DNA from: Fimbriimonadales bacterium | GTDB lineage: Bacteria; Armatimonadota; Fimbriimonadia; Fimbriimonadales; ATM1 | DNA length: 64,000 bases | Assembly: GCA_051003155.1 (NCBI GenBank) | Contig: JBPCLO010000053.1 | Span: forward strand, 1-64,000 | Reading direction: 5' to 3' | Shown here: positions 26,789-37,265 of the stretch, piece after piece | How positions within the stretch are numbered: position 1 is the first letter of the stretch | Layout: each line of letters begins with the position of its first letter | Translations under genes and position numbers: made by a program | The notes under the pieces: generated by a model | Told to the model about the DNA's origin: nothing | The model's database searches: none | What the model saw: only the letters and a program-made list of their open reading frames with translations

Positions 26789-29127
26789 TGCCAATTTCTA
26801 CGCCGCGAGGCATGATCTTGGTCCATCCTCATGGTAACTGCCAGCAAGTAGGCGTCCTTGGGGTGGTGGTCGGCAAGGGTAACCAGTTGCTGGTCTTGAA
26901 AGTGCCCGTGGAGGTAGCGGATCGCTCCGGCTTCGTCGTCCTTGTGGTAAAGGGCGAGGGATCGGCGCAATTTTTTGTCGTCTTTCGCCCAGTGGATTAA
27001 AGCTTGGTCTCGTCCGATCGAATCCAGCACGAGCAGCCGATAGAAGCTCTCCTCGACGCCATACAATCGCGCGACGCCAAGAAGGCACCGGCGTCTGGCC
27101 ACCGAGGTTGTCGTCCGGTTCGCAGTGTTCAGAATCAGACCGACGTCGCCCGCGTCGCCAACCGTTGCCAAGGCGTAAGCAATTTCCGCGGCTGTCTCGT
27201 CGGGGCCCTCTACCAACAATTGCCTCAAAATCGGGGCGCAAGCGGCAAGCTCCATGTCTGCGCATGCTTCGGCAGCTGCCACGCGAACGGACGGGTAGGG
27301 ATCGAGCAAAGCATTCGCGATAACGGGCTGGCACAACGGATCGCCGATAAGCCGCAAGGCTTGGATCGCCGCCCGGCGAAGCTCCGCATCATCTTGGTTT
27401 GCCGCCGCTGTGATGAGCGCTTGTAGGGCATCCCGAGACCGGAGCTTACCCAGCGCCTTCGCACTGGCCCGTCGAAGCGACGAAGATGGGTTTTCGAGGA
27501 GCGCGACCAACGGTGCGACCGCCTTTCGCTTGCCGATCGAAGCGAGCGCTTCCACCATCTCCTCTTCGACCATCAGCGGGTGGTTTTCAATCAGGCTAAC
27601 GAGCGCATCGACGGCTTCTTCTTGCCCCATTTGGCCCAATGCTTCCGCCGCCTCGCGCCGAATCCTCGGAGAAGGGTCGGTCAAGAGATGAGACACCTCG
27701 GTTTCGGCCATGACCATGCCGCTCTCTCCCAAGTCGCGGATTGCCTGCTCCTTCTGGCCCACGCTGCCGGCGCTGGCGAGCCTGCGCATCGCGAGGACCC
27801 CCTTTGGGCGCACCTTGACCACCTGTCGGAGGAATCCGCGTATGCTCGTTGGCGTGGCGTCATGAACAAAAAAGAGCATGCCAACGGCGCCGATTCTGAG
27901 CAGACCGTTAACTAGGAAAAGCAACTCGTACCGGCTTTCGTCGGGCATTGTGCCCATCGTTCGCTGCATGAATTCTCCGCCCGACATTTGGGCGAGAAAA
28001 CTGATTCCGGCGATTACCGCTTGCGAAAGTCCGATGGCCTGGGCACGCAGTGCGGGAGGGGAATTGGCGAGGATGATGTTGCCCTGTCCAACCGCGACTC
28101 CGGTCCAAGAAAATCCGGCGGCAATGTGGCCGACGGCGAGGATGAGCAGGTTCCAATTGCCAAGACCGGCGTCGCAGAGCGCCCAACTGAACGGGCCGAT
28201 GCACAGCAGAGAACCTGCGATGAAAAGCACTGGCTTATTGCCGTACTTGTCGCTGAAATAACCCCACATTCCAGCAGATAGAAGCGTAGCCGCGGCATGA
28301 AATGCTCCATAGATTTGAAACTGGACGAAGTCGAGCTTCAGCACCTGCCGGCCGTAAGGAAAGAAAAATGGAGCAGCGAGGCTTTGAGCAAAGACGAAAA
28401 AGGCGAGGAAGGCCAAGAGCCAAACAAACCGCCGGTCGCGCAAGGGCTTACATAACGAACGCAGGCTTTCTCCCGCCGACAGCTTCGCTCCGTCGACCTT
28501 CTGAGTGTTTGGCATCCGCAAATAGAAGTAGTAGCTAACAACCGCAAATAGGATCGCGACGCCGAAGATCAGCGACAGGCCGAGCGTGAAATCGTCGTTC
28601 CGATCCATCCAGTCCAACGCGAGACTCGCGGGAAAACCGATTATCGCGCTCACGACAGTCGCGATTGCGATACGGCGGGAGAAATACCATCCGCGGTGCG
28701 ACTCGGGGACCAGGAAGCTGAGCCACGCGTTATAAGTGGCTTGCACCAAAAACAAGGCTGCTGCGGAGAAGACGGCTGCTGTGATCAGAATCGCGAGGCG
28801 CGGGAAGTACACAGGGGCCAAAGGAAGGAAAACGATGGGTACCCAAGCGAACCGGTAGAAAAACCCACCGACGGCGCCGAATTTCTTATATCCGCGAAAA
28901 TACTCGCCGATCGCGCTGCCGGGAATCTGAAGAATGCCAATGATCGCCGGGAGGGCGGCGAGAAGAGCCAGAATTCGTGGCGTCGCGCCCAGTTCGAGCG
29001 CAAAGGCCTGCTGGAAGTTGCCACCCACCAAGGCTGCAAATGCGGTCGCGAACGCCAAATCCAAGTTGGCGGTTCGCAGCGCGCGGAGATTGGCTAGGCG
29101 GTCGGATTGGGGCACTCGTGGGTTCAC
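26785..29127 (-). CDS. MFS transporter fused to C-terminal HEAT repeats
   Basis: Multi-TM N-terminal ~420 aa (WGYFSDKYGNKPVL), then repeated D/NPS..R..AA.ALG HEAT units. Confidence 0.85.
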   Translation of the reverse strand: MNPRVPQSDRLANLRALRTANLDLAFATAFAALVGGNFQQAFALELGATPRILALLAALPAIIGILQIPGSAIGEYFRGYKKFGAVGGFFYRFAWVPIVFLPLAPVYFPRLAILITAAVFSAAALFLVQATYNAWLSFLVPESHRGWYFSRRIAIATVVSAIIGFPASLALDWMDRNDDFTLGLSLIFGVAILFAVVSYYFYLRMPNTQKVDGAKLSAGESLRSLCKPLRDRRFVWLLAFLAFFVFAQSLAAPFFFPYGRQVLKLDFVQFQIYGAFHAAATLLSAGMWGYFSDKYGNKPVLFIAGSLLCIGPFSWALCDAGLGNWNLLILAVGHIAAGFSWTGVAVGQGNIILANSPPALRAQAIGLSQAVIAGISFLAQMSGGEFMQRTMGTMPDESRYELLFLVNGLLRIGAVGMLFFVHDATPTSIRGFLRQVVKVRPKGVLAMRRLASAGSVGQKEQAIRDLGESGMVMAETEVSHLLTDPSPRIRREAAEALGQMGQEEAVDALVSLIENHPLMVEEEMVEALASIGKRKAVAPLVALLENPSSSLRRASAKALGKLRSRDALQALITAAANQDDAELRRAAIQALRLIGDPLCQPVIANALLDPYPSVRVAAAEACADMELAACAPILRQLLVEGPDETAAEIAYALATVGDAGDVGLILNTANRTTTSVARRRCLLGVARLYGVEESFYRLLVLDSIGRDQALIHWAKDDKKLRRSLALYHKDDEAGAIRYLHGHFQDQQLVTLADHHPKDAYLLAVTMRMDQDHASRRRNWQ

Positions 29128-29143
29128 GAATGTTACCAGCCAA

Positions 29144-29911
29144 CTAGAACTGGTCCGTCAAGAACATATGGGGTGTGCGATCGAAGCCGCGGCCCATCAA
29201 GTTCATTTCCTTGCGCGGATCCGTGAGCTCGATACCGAGGTCTTCCGCAAGGCTTCGTTGGCCGTACCATTCCGCCCGCTCAACAGAGGGGAGCCCTTCG
29301 TACGCCGGCAGGACTTCCCTAACGCGGCCAAGCTCGTGGCAGACATAACCGCTCATTTGACCGTAAACGGTTTTCAAATTCCACCTCCAGTGGTCCCAGC
29401 GGCGATCGTCGCGCCGGAGACGATATGGCTTCTCCTCGGACCAAGCATCGAATATCGACCGAACTTGCTCCCGGCTGATTAAATCCGGATCCGACCCGGA
29501 CTTCGCCTTTGGGAGCGGCTGCGTGACAATGGCGTCCAAGACTCGAAAACCGCAACGAACGTACAGGTTTTCGTTAGCGGCGAACAATAATGCGCGCGGT
29601 TCGCCCCTCGATTCGCTCTGGCGCAGAACCTCCTGCAAGAGCATTGTCGCAAGACTCATTCCCTGCTTTTCGGGTTCGGTCGCAACACCCGCGATTCCGA
29701 TCCCGCGCCCATCTCCGAACAGCGCCGACACCGTTGTGAGTGTGCTCACGATGACTCCGTCTTCGAATACTGCCCACTTGCGGTTCAGGTCGAACATAGG
29801 CTCCTTGAAGAAGACATCGTAGGCTCGCCGAAAGTCGAGCGAGAACACCTTGCACAGCAGTCGCAGGAACTCCTCGCATTCCCCCATCTGGATTGTGCGA
29901 ATCTCGATCAT
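29144..29911 (-). CDS. GNAT family acetyltransferase
   Basis: IAGVATEPEKQGMSLAT...LYVRCGF. Confidence 0.8.
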   Translation of the reverse strand: MIEIRTIQMGECEEFLRLLCKVFSLDFRRAYDVFFKEPMFDLNRKWAVFEDGVIVSTLTTVSALFGDGRGIGIAGVATEPEKQGMSLATMLLQEVLRQSESRGEPRALLFAANENLYVRCGFRVLDAIVTQPLPKAKSGSDPDLISREQVRSIFDAWSEEKPYRLRRDDRRWDHWRWNLKTVYGQMSGYVCHELGRVREVLPAYEGLPSVERAEWYGQRSLAEDLGIELTDPRKEMNLMGRGFDRTPHMFLTDQF

Positions 29912-30855
29912 GGATAGGAAGGCCGTTCTGGTGGGGTCCTAGCTACCGTAATTCGCACATCGACCTCGCTCACAGAAGATGTAACGCCAGGCGCCAGGCG
30001 CAGCTTCGATAGGATCGACCTGTTGGCGCTGATTCCGGTTATATCGATGCTCGTGGTCTCGACCGACAAGAGGTTCGCAAGAGCGTCGGCGGGCCCTTCG
30101 ACTCGGATTTGGTTCGGCGTGATTTCGTAGTCCACGATTGTGTAGCCGAAGGCCGGGTTGCCGATCCAGCTGGGCTGCACGAGCACATTCTTTGATGGCG
30201 GCAACGAAACAGGCTTGACGCGAACGGTCACAGACACGGGATCTACAGTTAGCTCCAGTGGCTTGCCGCTTTCGGTAAGAATCTGCACAGGCGCCTCAGT
30301 CGAAGAGCCCGGCTCGATGTCGTTGAGATTCACTTCGACACGCGCCGAGGCCGCCAGTGCTAGGCGGCTCTCGGGCCCGGAGATCTTGACGTCCGTGGGA
30401 GTGACAGTGATCGGACCCGGGCGGTACAAGTCCCACGCGCCGGTTGCGTTGGGGACCACCTCCAGCTCCCGCTGCTGCCATTCTTCGATGAGCACTTCTA
30501 CTTGGCGCGGCCTTGCGGTCAGTTCTACACGCGTCTCGGCCGGACCCGTGTAGAGGGTTCTTACGGGGAAGGTCCAACGACCCGGCTTAGCGTTCGTCAA
30601 ATCCACCACAACCGATATGTCGCTCTTGTCTACGCGGCCCATGCTGGGCATGAGAACCCTTGCGTCGACATGCACGCGGCTGATTCTCTCCGTCGCCACC
30701 AAAGTTCCTTTGGGTTCGCGATACGTGACCTGGACGTTTTCAAACGCGATGGAACTAGTTGGCTGCTCGATCCTGAGCACAACCTGCCATAGCAGTGCCG
30801 CAATCGCGACAGCGGCGATCTTTTCAGGCAGGTTAGCCGACAGAAGCCCTTTCAT
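29908..30855 (-). CDS. cdaR: YbbR/CdaR family diadenylate cyclase regulator
   Basis: N-terminal TM, YbbR-like repeats (VTPTDVKISGP, ITPNQIRVEGP); follows cdaA. Confidence 0.85.
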   Translation of the reverse strand: MKGLLSANLPEKIAAVAIAALLWQVVLRIEQPTSSIAFENVQVTYREPKGTLVATERISRVHVDARVLMPSMGRVDKSDISVVVDLTNAKPGRWTFPVRTLYTGPAETRVELTARPRQVEVLIEEWQQRELEVVPNATGAWDLYRPGPITVTPTDVKISGPESRLALAASARVEVNLNDIEPGSSTEAPVQILTESGKPLELTVDPVSVTVRVKPVSLPPSKNVLVQPSWIGNPAFGYTIVDYEITPNQIRVEGPADALANLLSVETTSIDITGISANRSILSKLRLAPGVTSSVSEVDVRITVARTPPERPSYP

Positions 30856-31684
30856 CTTCTTGAACCTTCTTCTTGTTCATGCGTGAGAGTGGTGACGGCT
30901 TGATTTCCGCTCGGAGCAATGAGTTGAGCAAATCGCGTAGCTTGGCTGGCGAAAGGTCCTCACGTATCCTTCCGTCTAGAGCCACCGAAATGATGCCCCT
31001 TTCTTCAGACACGACGATCGATACCGCATCGGTTCCGTCGGTGGCACCGACGGCCGCGCGGTGGCGCATATGCATGTGCGGCTTGAGCGGGCCGTCGGTG
31101 AGAGGCAGCTGGCAAGCCGCCGCTACGACCGAGTTTCCGCGAACCATCACGGCGCCATCGTGCAAGGGGCCGGCGCCGTAGAAGATCGAGCCTAACAAAG
31201 CCGCGGTCACCTCGGCGTTGAGCTGCACGCCATTGCTTTCGACCTCGGGCATCTTCCTGCTACGTTCTACCACGATAAGCGCGCCTGTCGCGGATGCGCT
31301 TAACTCGGCGACAGCCTCGACGATCTCTTCGACCGTTTTGGCGCCCACGTGTTCCTCGCCGCCACCCAGCCGCTCCGGCCAGAAGCCAAGCTTGCCGAAT
31401 CCCTCGAGGGCGCTCCTAAGCTCTGGAAGCAAGAGGATGACAAGCGCGACTGGGCCGAGAATAAGAGCCCTGTCCAAAATAAAATGAATAGTGCGAAGCC
31501 CCAATAGGTCGCTGGCAAACCAAAGGACGAGATAGATGACGATCCCTCCGATGATCCTCCATGCCCGCGAGCCGCGAACCATTAGGAGAAGCCGATAGAC
31601 GAGGTACGCCACGACCGTGAGATCGATGATCTGCAGCGCAGTGGGCTTGCCTAAATGACTAATTTGGTACCAGAAATCTTCCAC
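30833..31684 (-). CDS. cdaA: Diadenylate cyclase CdaA
   Basis: Three N-terminal TMs, GALIVVER, PLHDGA, RHRAA, VSEERG. Confidence 0.93.
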   Translation of the reverse strand: MEDFWYQISHLGKPTALQIIDLTVVAYLVYRLLLMVRGSRAWRIIGGIVIYLVLWFASDLLGLRTIHFILDRALILGPVALVILLLPELRSALEGFGKLGFWPERLGGGEEHVGAKTVEEIVEAVAELSASATGALIVVERSRKMPEVESNGVQLNAEVTAALLGSIFYGAGPLHDGAVMVRGNSVVAAACQLPLTDGPLKPHMHMRHRAAVGATDGTDAVSIVVSEERGIISVALDGRIREDLSPAKLRDLLNSLLRAEIKPSPLSRMNKKKVQEDERASVG

Positions 31685-31780
31685 AACTCGACGCGTCTTT
31701 TCCTACGGAATTAGTCTATCAGTTCCGAAGGCGTCTGTGCGAGCCATAATGAGGGGTTAGTATGCGGCCAGGGAATAATT

Positions 31781-33187
31781 ATGTCGAAGAGAAGCGAAAA
31801 CAACGTCCCGACCGCGCCCGCCGCGCCGATTCGCTCCAAGAACCTTCCTAAGATTGTCATTGTCGGCCGGCCAAATGTCGGCAAATCGACTCTTTTCAAT
31901 CGCTTAATCGGGCGGCGAGTGGCCGTTGTCCAGCATAAGCCTGGAATCACCCGTGATCGTTTGTACCATGAGTGTGAGTGGCAGGGCGTCAAATTCGAAC
32001 TGATCGACACGGGAGGCATCTTGTTCTTCGACGAAGATCCCTTGATCGAACAAATCCGCCTCCAGGCGAACGTCGCCGTTGAAGAGGCCGATGTGGTGGT
32101 CTTTATGGCCGACGCAGTAGACGGAGTGACGCCGGCCGACCAGGAGCTAGCGGACGAGCTGCGCGGCGCAGGAAAGCCGATCATCGTTGCAGTGAACAAG
32201 GCCGACAATGCGACTCGCGACACTTGGGCGACCGACTTTTACGCACTCGGCATTGGCGATGTATTTCCGGTTAGCGCGCTCCACGGGCGTGGCGTGGCCG
32301 ATGTTTTGGATAAAGCCGTGGAGGCATTCCCGGAATCCGCGCCTGCCGAAGAAGTGGAAGATCACCGCGTACGAATCGCCATCATCGGCCGCCCCAACGT
32401 CGGTAAATCATCACTTCTCAATGCGTTTACCGGTGAAAAGCGGGCAATCGTGAGCGATATCCCCGGCACGACGCGCGATGCGGTGGATACGGAAATCACC
32501 TACAAAGGGGACAAAATAATTCTGGTGGACACCGCCGGTTTACGCCGTCGCGGTAAGGTACAAGGGACCGTGGAATACTACATGGCTCTGCGTGCGACAA
32601 GAGCCATGGAGAGAGCGCAGCTCGCGCTTGTGGTGGTGGACGGATACGAAGGCCTAACTGACGGCGACAAGCGAATCGCAAAATCGGCTCATCTAGCTCA
32701 TAAGGCTTGCGTCTTTGGGGTCAACAAGTGGGACATGGTCGAGCCGCCGGATGGAAGGCCTCGCCAGCGCTCGCTGCCCAAGAAAGAGTTTGCCCAAATA
32801 TTGAGGGACGAGTTTCCCGAGTTATCCTACGCACCGATCGCTTATACGAGCGCAACCCATTCCACTGGCCTCGAAGCCGCGCTCGAAACTTGCAACGAGG
32901 CCCTCGAGAGCTACAACTTTAGAATTTCGACCGCATCATTGAATACTATTTTGCGCGACGCGGTGTACGAGCGGCCGTACTCCTCAAAGGGCAAACCGTT
33001 TCGCGTTTATTACGCCACACAAACATCGACGGCGCCCCCATGCTTCCTAATTTTTTGCAACGATCCGAAGCGAGTGCACTTCAGCTATGCCAGGTATCTC
33101 GAAAATTCGATCCGTAAAGCCTATCCGATGGAGGGTACGCCGATTTTTTTGAAATTTAAGTCCAGTCATGAGCGCGATCAGCACTAG
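31781..33187 (+). CDS. der: Ribosome biogenesis GTPase Der
   Basis: Two GRPNVGKS G-domains plus KH-like C-terminal domain. Confidence 0.97.
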   Translation: MSKRSENNVPTAPAAPIRSKNLPKIVIVGRPNVGKSTLFNRLIGRRVAVVQHKPGITRDRLYHECEWQGVKFELIDTGGILFFDEDPLIEQIRLQANVAVEEADVVVFMADAVDGVTPADQELADELRGAGKPIIVAVNKADNATRDTWATDFYALGIGDVFPVSALHGRGVADVLDKAVEAFPESAPAEEVEDHRVRIAIIGRPNVGKSSLLNAFTGEKRAIVSDIPGTTRDAVDTEITYKGDKIILVDTAGLRRRGKVQGTVEYYMALRATRAMERAQLALVVVDGYEGLTDGDKRIAKSAHLAHKACVFGVNKWDMVEPPDGRPRQRSLPKKEFAQILRDEFPELSYAPIAYTSATHSTGLEAALETCNEALESYNFRISTASLNTILRDAVYERPYSSKGKPFRVYYATQTSTAPPCFLIFCNDPKRVHFSYARYLENSIRKAYPMEGTPIFLKFKSSHERDQH

Positions 33188-35907
33188 CCGAGAAGGCTCT
33201 TCAAGTCATTCTTGGCTTTGAGTATCTCGGCCCAAGGATCGCCATGTTTTTCCAGCCTGACCGGAACCGTGGCCACGGTGAAATCTGCAGGGTCCGTCTT
33301 CGGCAGTTCTTCCCAGCTAATGGGTGTCGAAACCGTGGCGTTAGGAAGCGCCCGCGGCGAGTAAATCGCCGAGAGGGTCTTTCCGCGAGAATTTTGGTTG
33401 TAGTCCATAAAGATCTTTCCAGTTCGTTTGGTGACTGCCCATTGCGTCGTGATATCCTCTGGATGCGCACGAAGAACGAAATTGCAAACGGTTGCCGCGG
33501 CGGAACGAACCTCGTCGTATGTGAAATGCCTGAGGATCGGCACATAAATATGCAAGCCGGTTTTGCCCGACGTCTTAATGAAGGACTGTAGACTAAGCGA
33601 ATCGAGGAGTTCCTTCACCCAAAAAGCCGCCTCCCGGCCCTTGTCGAATGCCCGCTTGTTATATTCCGGCTCAGCACCCTTTGCTTCCTTCCCGGAATAA
33701 ATATATGGATCGATGTCAAATAAAAGGAAATCCGGATAGTTCAATACGGACTCGTCGATGGCTTCCTCCGAACCCGTGAATTCGATCGACAGCTCGTGGG
33801 CATCCGGCTCGGGGTTGGTGCGCGACGTCCATGGATGAAGCTCGATATCCGCAAGCTGGGCCAGCCATAGGAGCGTCGGCAGATTATTACATGCCAGGTA
33901 CTCCTGGTCATCCTTGTTATGTTCCGAATAGAGTCGAACGATCTCGACGAAGGGAGGGAGCTTATGTTCCCAGTGTTTTTGGTAAAACATACCACCGTCG
34001 ATTCCGTTCGGATATCTCGACAGCGTCAGCGGGCGATCGAGCAGGTGCGGAAGGAGGTATCGCGAAACCTTGGCATAGTAAATCAATAGATCGCGCTTCG
34101 AGAAACCCCTGTGGCCGTCCGCAGCCGGCCACAGCAGCTTGTCGGAATTCGTTATCGGTATCTCGTTGCCGCCACAAAACATTGAAAAGTCCTTCTTGCC
34201 ATTCTTGATTTGTTCGACAACATTTTCAATATCCTCCTGATTGACGCCGGCCGTGGCGCGCGTGGGCGAAAAAGCATCTGAGATTTGCACAACTTCAGTC
34301 TTGTGGACGTCTTCCGGCGAGAGGTCTTCTCGCATGCGTAAAAATACTGGAGCCCTGAGGTGTCCATCCGGGGTCCATTGATTAAACTTCACCTCCGCGA
34401 TCAGCTTGGGTTCCATCCACGTCGCCGGTGTTTTAAGGGGAGGCTTTGATGTAAACGGGTTGTTGTCGGTCTTCATTTCTTCGAAAATGGTCTTGTAGGC
34501 GGACAAGGATTTGTCATTGAATCCCGAGCCGACATGGCCAACGTAAATCAGCTTGCCGTCCTCGTCGCGCGTACCCAGGAGCAGCGCGCCGAATGTTCCC
34601 GAGCGACTGCCGAGCCCCTTGCTATAGCCGCCGATTAGGAACTCGTCGCTCATTGTCGACTTTATTTTCAGCCAGTTCGCGCTGCGTTTCCCCGCCTCGT
34701 ATCGGCTACTTCTCCTTTTAGCCACGACCCCTTCCAGGCCGTTGTCGACGATAGCCTTGTAAGCTATTTCACCGTGCTCTTCAAAGCCGTCCAGAACGCT
34801 AACCGCTTCTGTCGGGAGCAGCACCTTCTTCAAGAGCGTTTTTCTATCCACTAATGGGCAACCGGTAACGTCGTAGCCGTCCAAATACAGAATGTCGAAA
34901 ACATTGTAGAAAACGGGCACCTTAATTTCTGCGGCGAGAATATCCGCCCCGCCGTTGAGATTCATTCGCTGTTGCAGCCGGTGGAACGACGGGACGCCTT
35001 TATCGTCGAGCGCGACGATCTCGCCGTCGATAACCAACTGCTCGGCCAATTGTTTCGCGATCTGTTCCATGAGGTTCGGATAGCGCTTTGAAATGTCGTT
35101 GCCTTTTCTCGTTTCAAGCCGAATTTGATCTCCGTTCTTAAACGCTATTGCGCGAATTCCATCCATTTTCGGCTCGAAAATCCAATCGGGATGGCTGAAG
35201 GGGGCATCGGCGAGCGACGCGGTCATCGGCTCCAAGGACTTCGGAAACGCTGCCTTTCGCGAACCCACGAGGTCTTCCGGCTTGACACCGGAAGAAACGT
35301 GAGGCACGGCGTCGGGTCTTACGCCTTTCTTAAGGTCGCCCAGTGTGAGCCCGGAAATTACCGAAGCCTCTTCGAGGAGAATATCCCTCTCCGGATTTGC
35401 GAATTCGTCGTTGTGCTTGAAGAAAAGCCACTCACTCGCTTTTTTCATCCGAACGAGTGCGAACGATCCTTTGAGCTTCGAACCTTGAAGAAACACCGAG
35501 AGCTTGCCCTTTTCGAGCCCCTTCCGCATTTCCCTCTCAGCCTCGTCTCGGTCGTACAGCAGGATTCTGCCGTCCTCGTCAGGAGAGTAGGTCCCATTGT
35601 CCCACACGATCACCTCTCCGGCGCCGTAATTGCCCTTCGGAATAACGCCTTCGAACGATGCGTAGGCGAGCGGATGGTCCTCCACCAACATGGCGAGGCG
35701 CTTATCCTTAGGGTTGTAAGAAGGGCCTTTGGGCACCGCCCAGGACTTGAGAACGCCGTCTAATTCGAGCCGCAAATCATAATGCAAAGCTGTGGCGTCG
35801 TGCTTTTGAATGACAAACGTTAGAGGGCCGGAGCCGTCCGCCTTCCGAACCATCTTGGGTTCAGGAGTTTTTGCGAACTGCCGTTTCTCGTCATATTTCT
35901 TCGGCAT
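33184..35907 (-). CDS. ligD: NHEJ DNA ligase D (phosphoesterase-ligase-polymerase)
   Basis: FVIQKHDATALHYDLRLE, EPKMDGIR, EGVVAKR, KTSGKTGLHIYVP. Confidence 0.96.
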   Translation of the reverse strand: MPKKYDEKRQFAKTPEPKMVRKADGSGPLTFVIQKHDATALHYDLRLELDGVLKSWAVPKGPSYNPKDKRLAMLVEDHPLAYASFEGVIPKGNYGAGEVIVWDNGTYSPDEDGRILLYDRDEAEREMRKGLEKGKLSVFLQGSKLKGSFALVRMKKASEWLFFKHNDEFANPERDILLEEASVISGLTLGDLKKGVRPDAVPHVSSGVKPEDLVGSRKAAFPKSLEPMTASLADAPFSHPDWIFEPKMDGIRAIAFKNGDQIRLETRKGNDISKRYPNLMEQIAKQLAEQLVIDGEIVALDDKGVPSFHRLQQRMNLNGGADILAAEIKVPVFYNVFDILYLDGYDVTGCPLVDRKTLLKKVLLPTEAVSVLDGFEEHGEIAYKAIVDNGLEGVVAKRRSSRYEAGKRSANWLKIKSTMSDEFLIGGYSKGLGSRSGTFGALLLGTRDEDGKLIYVGHVGSGFNDKSLSAYKTIFEEMKTDNNPFTSKPPLKTPATWMEPKLIAEVKFNQWTPDGHLRAPVFLRMREDLSPEDVHKTEVVQISDAFSPTRATAGVNQEDIENVVEQIKNGKKDFSMFCGGNEIPITNSDKLLWPAADGHRGFSKRDLLIYYAKVSRYLLPHLLDRPLTLSRYPNGIDGGMFYQKHWEHKLPPFVEIVRLYSEHNKDDQEYLACNNLPTLLWLAQLADIELHPWTSRTNPEPDAHELSIEFTGSEEAIDESVLNYPDFLLFDIDPYIYSGKEAKGAEPEYNKRAFDKGREAAFWVKELLDSLSLQSFIKTSGKTGLHIYVPILRHFTYDEVRSAAATVCNFVLRAHPEDITTQWAVTKRTGKIFMDYNQNSRGKTLSAIYSPRALPNATVSTPISWEELPKTDPADFTVATVPVRLEKHGDPWAEILKAKNDLKSLLG

Positions 35908-35913
35908 GCATTA

Positions 35914-36714
35914 TCAGCTCGCGGCTTTCTTGCTTTCCTTTGCGGGCTGTTTGGCGGCCTCCACGCTTCTCTTCAGCGCCTCCATCAGGTCGGTAATCTG
36001 AGCTTCCTTGGGAAGCGGCGCTTCCACAAGCTCCTGCCCTTTGGCCTTCGCCTCGATGCGCTCCATTAACGTGCTGCGATATTCATCCTGAAATTCTTTC
36101 GCGTCGAAATCACCTTTCAATAAGTCGATGAGCGTGTTAGCCATTTGCATTTCCTGATCGCTAACCTGGACCTTTGGTAGCGCCTTGTCGAGGTCGACGC
36201 GGACCTCGTCCGCATAATACAGAGTCTCCAGCACCAACGTTCCCTTCACGGGGCGCAGCATGCATATGTGCTCCTTTTGCCGAATCGAGAATTTGCCAAT
36301 TCCGACCATTCCCTTTTCCTCCAGCGCCTTAATAAAGAGCGCGTATGGCTTGACCCCCTTTTCGTCGGGGTCGATCGTGTAGGTTCGGTCGAAATAAACC
36401 GGGTCGACGCTGCCGGCGGGGACGAAGCGGGTCACCTCTATTGTGTGTTTGGAAGGCACCGGGAGGTCCTCGAGGTCCTTTTCCTCCAAGACGACGTATT
36501 GGCCTTTCGAATATTCGTAGCCCTTCACGATCTCATCCTGCTCCACCGCGCGCTCATGCACCGGACACCACTTCACGTACTTGATGCGGCTCTTGCATTC
36601 ATCGTGAAGCTGGTTAAACGAAATGTCGTTCTCCACCACGCCGGTAAACAGCTCGACCGGAATGCTCACCATTCCGAAGCTAACTACCCCTTTCCAAATC
36701 GGTCTTGCGGCCAT
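35914..36714 (-). CDS. ku: NHEJ Ku protein
   Basis: RPIWKGVVSFGMVSIPV, IVKGYEYSKGQYV, DLMEALKRSV. Confidence 0.96.
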   Translation of the reverse strand: MAARPIWKGVVSFGMVSIPVELFTGVVENDISFNQLHDECKSRIKYVKWCPVHERAVEQDEIVKGYEYSKGQYVVLEEKDLEDLPVPSKHTIEVTRFVPAGSVDPVYFDRTYTIDPDEKGVKPYALFIKALEEKGMVGIGKFSIRQKEHICMLRPVKGTLVLETLYYADEVRVDLDKALPKVQVSDQEMQMANTLIDLLKGDFDAKEFQDEYRSTLMERIEAKAKGQELVEAPLPKEAQITDLMEALKRSVEAAKQPAKESKKAAS

Positions 36715-36761
36715 ATCAACGGTTTCCTCTTGTACCGATAGTGTACGCCAGGGCGCAACGA

Positions 36762-37247
36762 TTATGCGCCCTCATCGGGCCAGCAGCCGCAGCACTCCGT
36801 TCTCTCCCTTTGCCGTCGAGCCGGAGAGATAGGCGTACAGTACATTGAGATGGATGTAGCACTTTCGGTAAACCGCCATCGTGTTGCCGAGCCGCTCAGC
36901 AACGATTTCGATGGCCCTAACGACGTTCGATTTAGCTTCCCGATCCAACTCGCCGGGGCCGATTTCGCCCACGGCCTCCGCACCTGCCCAGGTTCGAAAC
37001 GTCCTTCGCGGTGACATCTTCACCTGAAATTTAGCGCAGGTGTTCGGTGACTGTCGATCCAAGCAGGAGGTACTGCGAACGCCTTGATTCGGGCCCGATC
37101 GTCATGATCCGAAACGCGTTTGCCGTCCAGGTCGACGTAACGGAACTTGCCGGGCGATCCTTGGCGGCGGATGTACGGTTTGATGTCCGCGAAGTACAGC
37201 AGTCCGTGCGCTTTGGCAGACTCGGCCGGATCGGTGGCGATGGCCAT
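36762..37247 (-). pseudogene. Internally deleted, frameshifted bacterial DNA topoisomerase IB
   Basis: Pieces in different frames: DPAESAKAHGLLY...RIKAFAVPPAW; TFRTWAG; VAERLGNTMAVYRKCYIH. Confidence 0.8.
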
Positions 37248-37265
37248 CAATATTCACTGCGCCAC

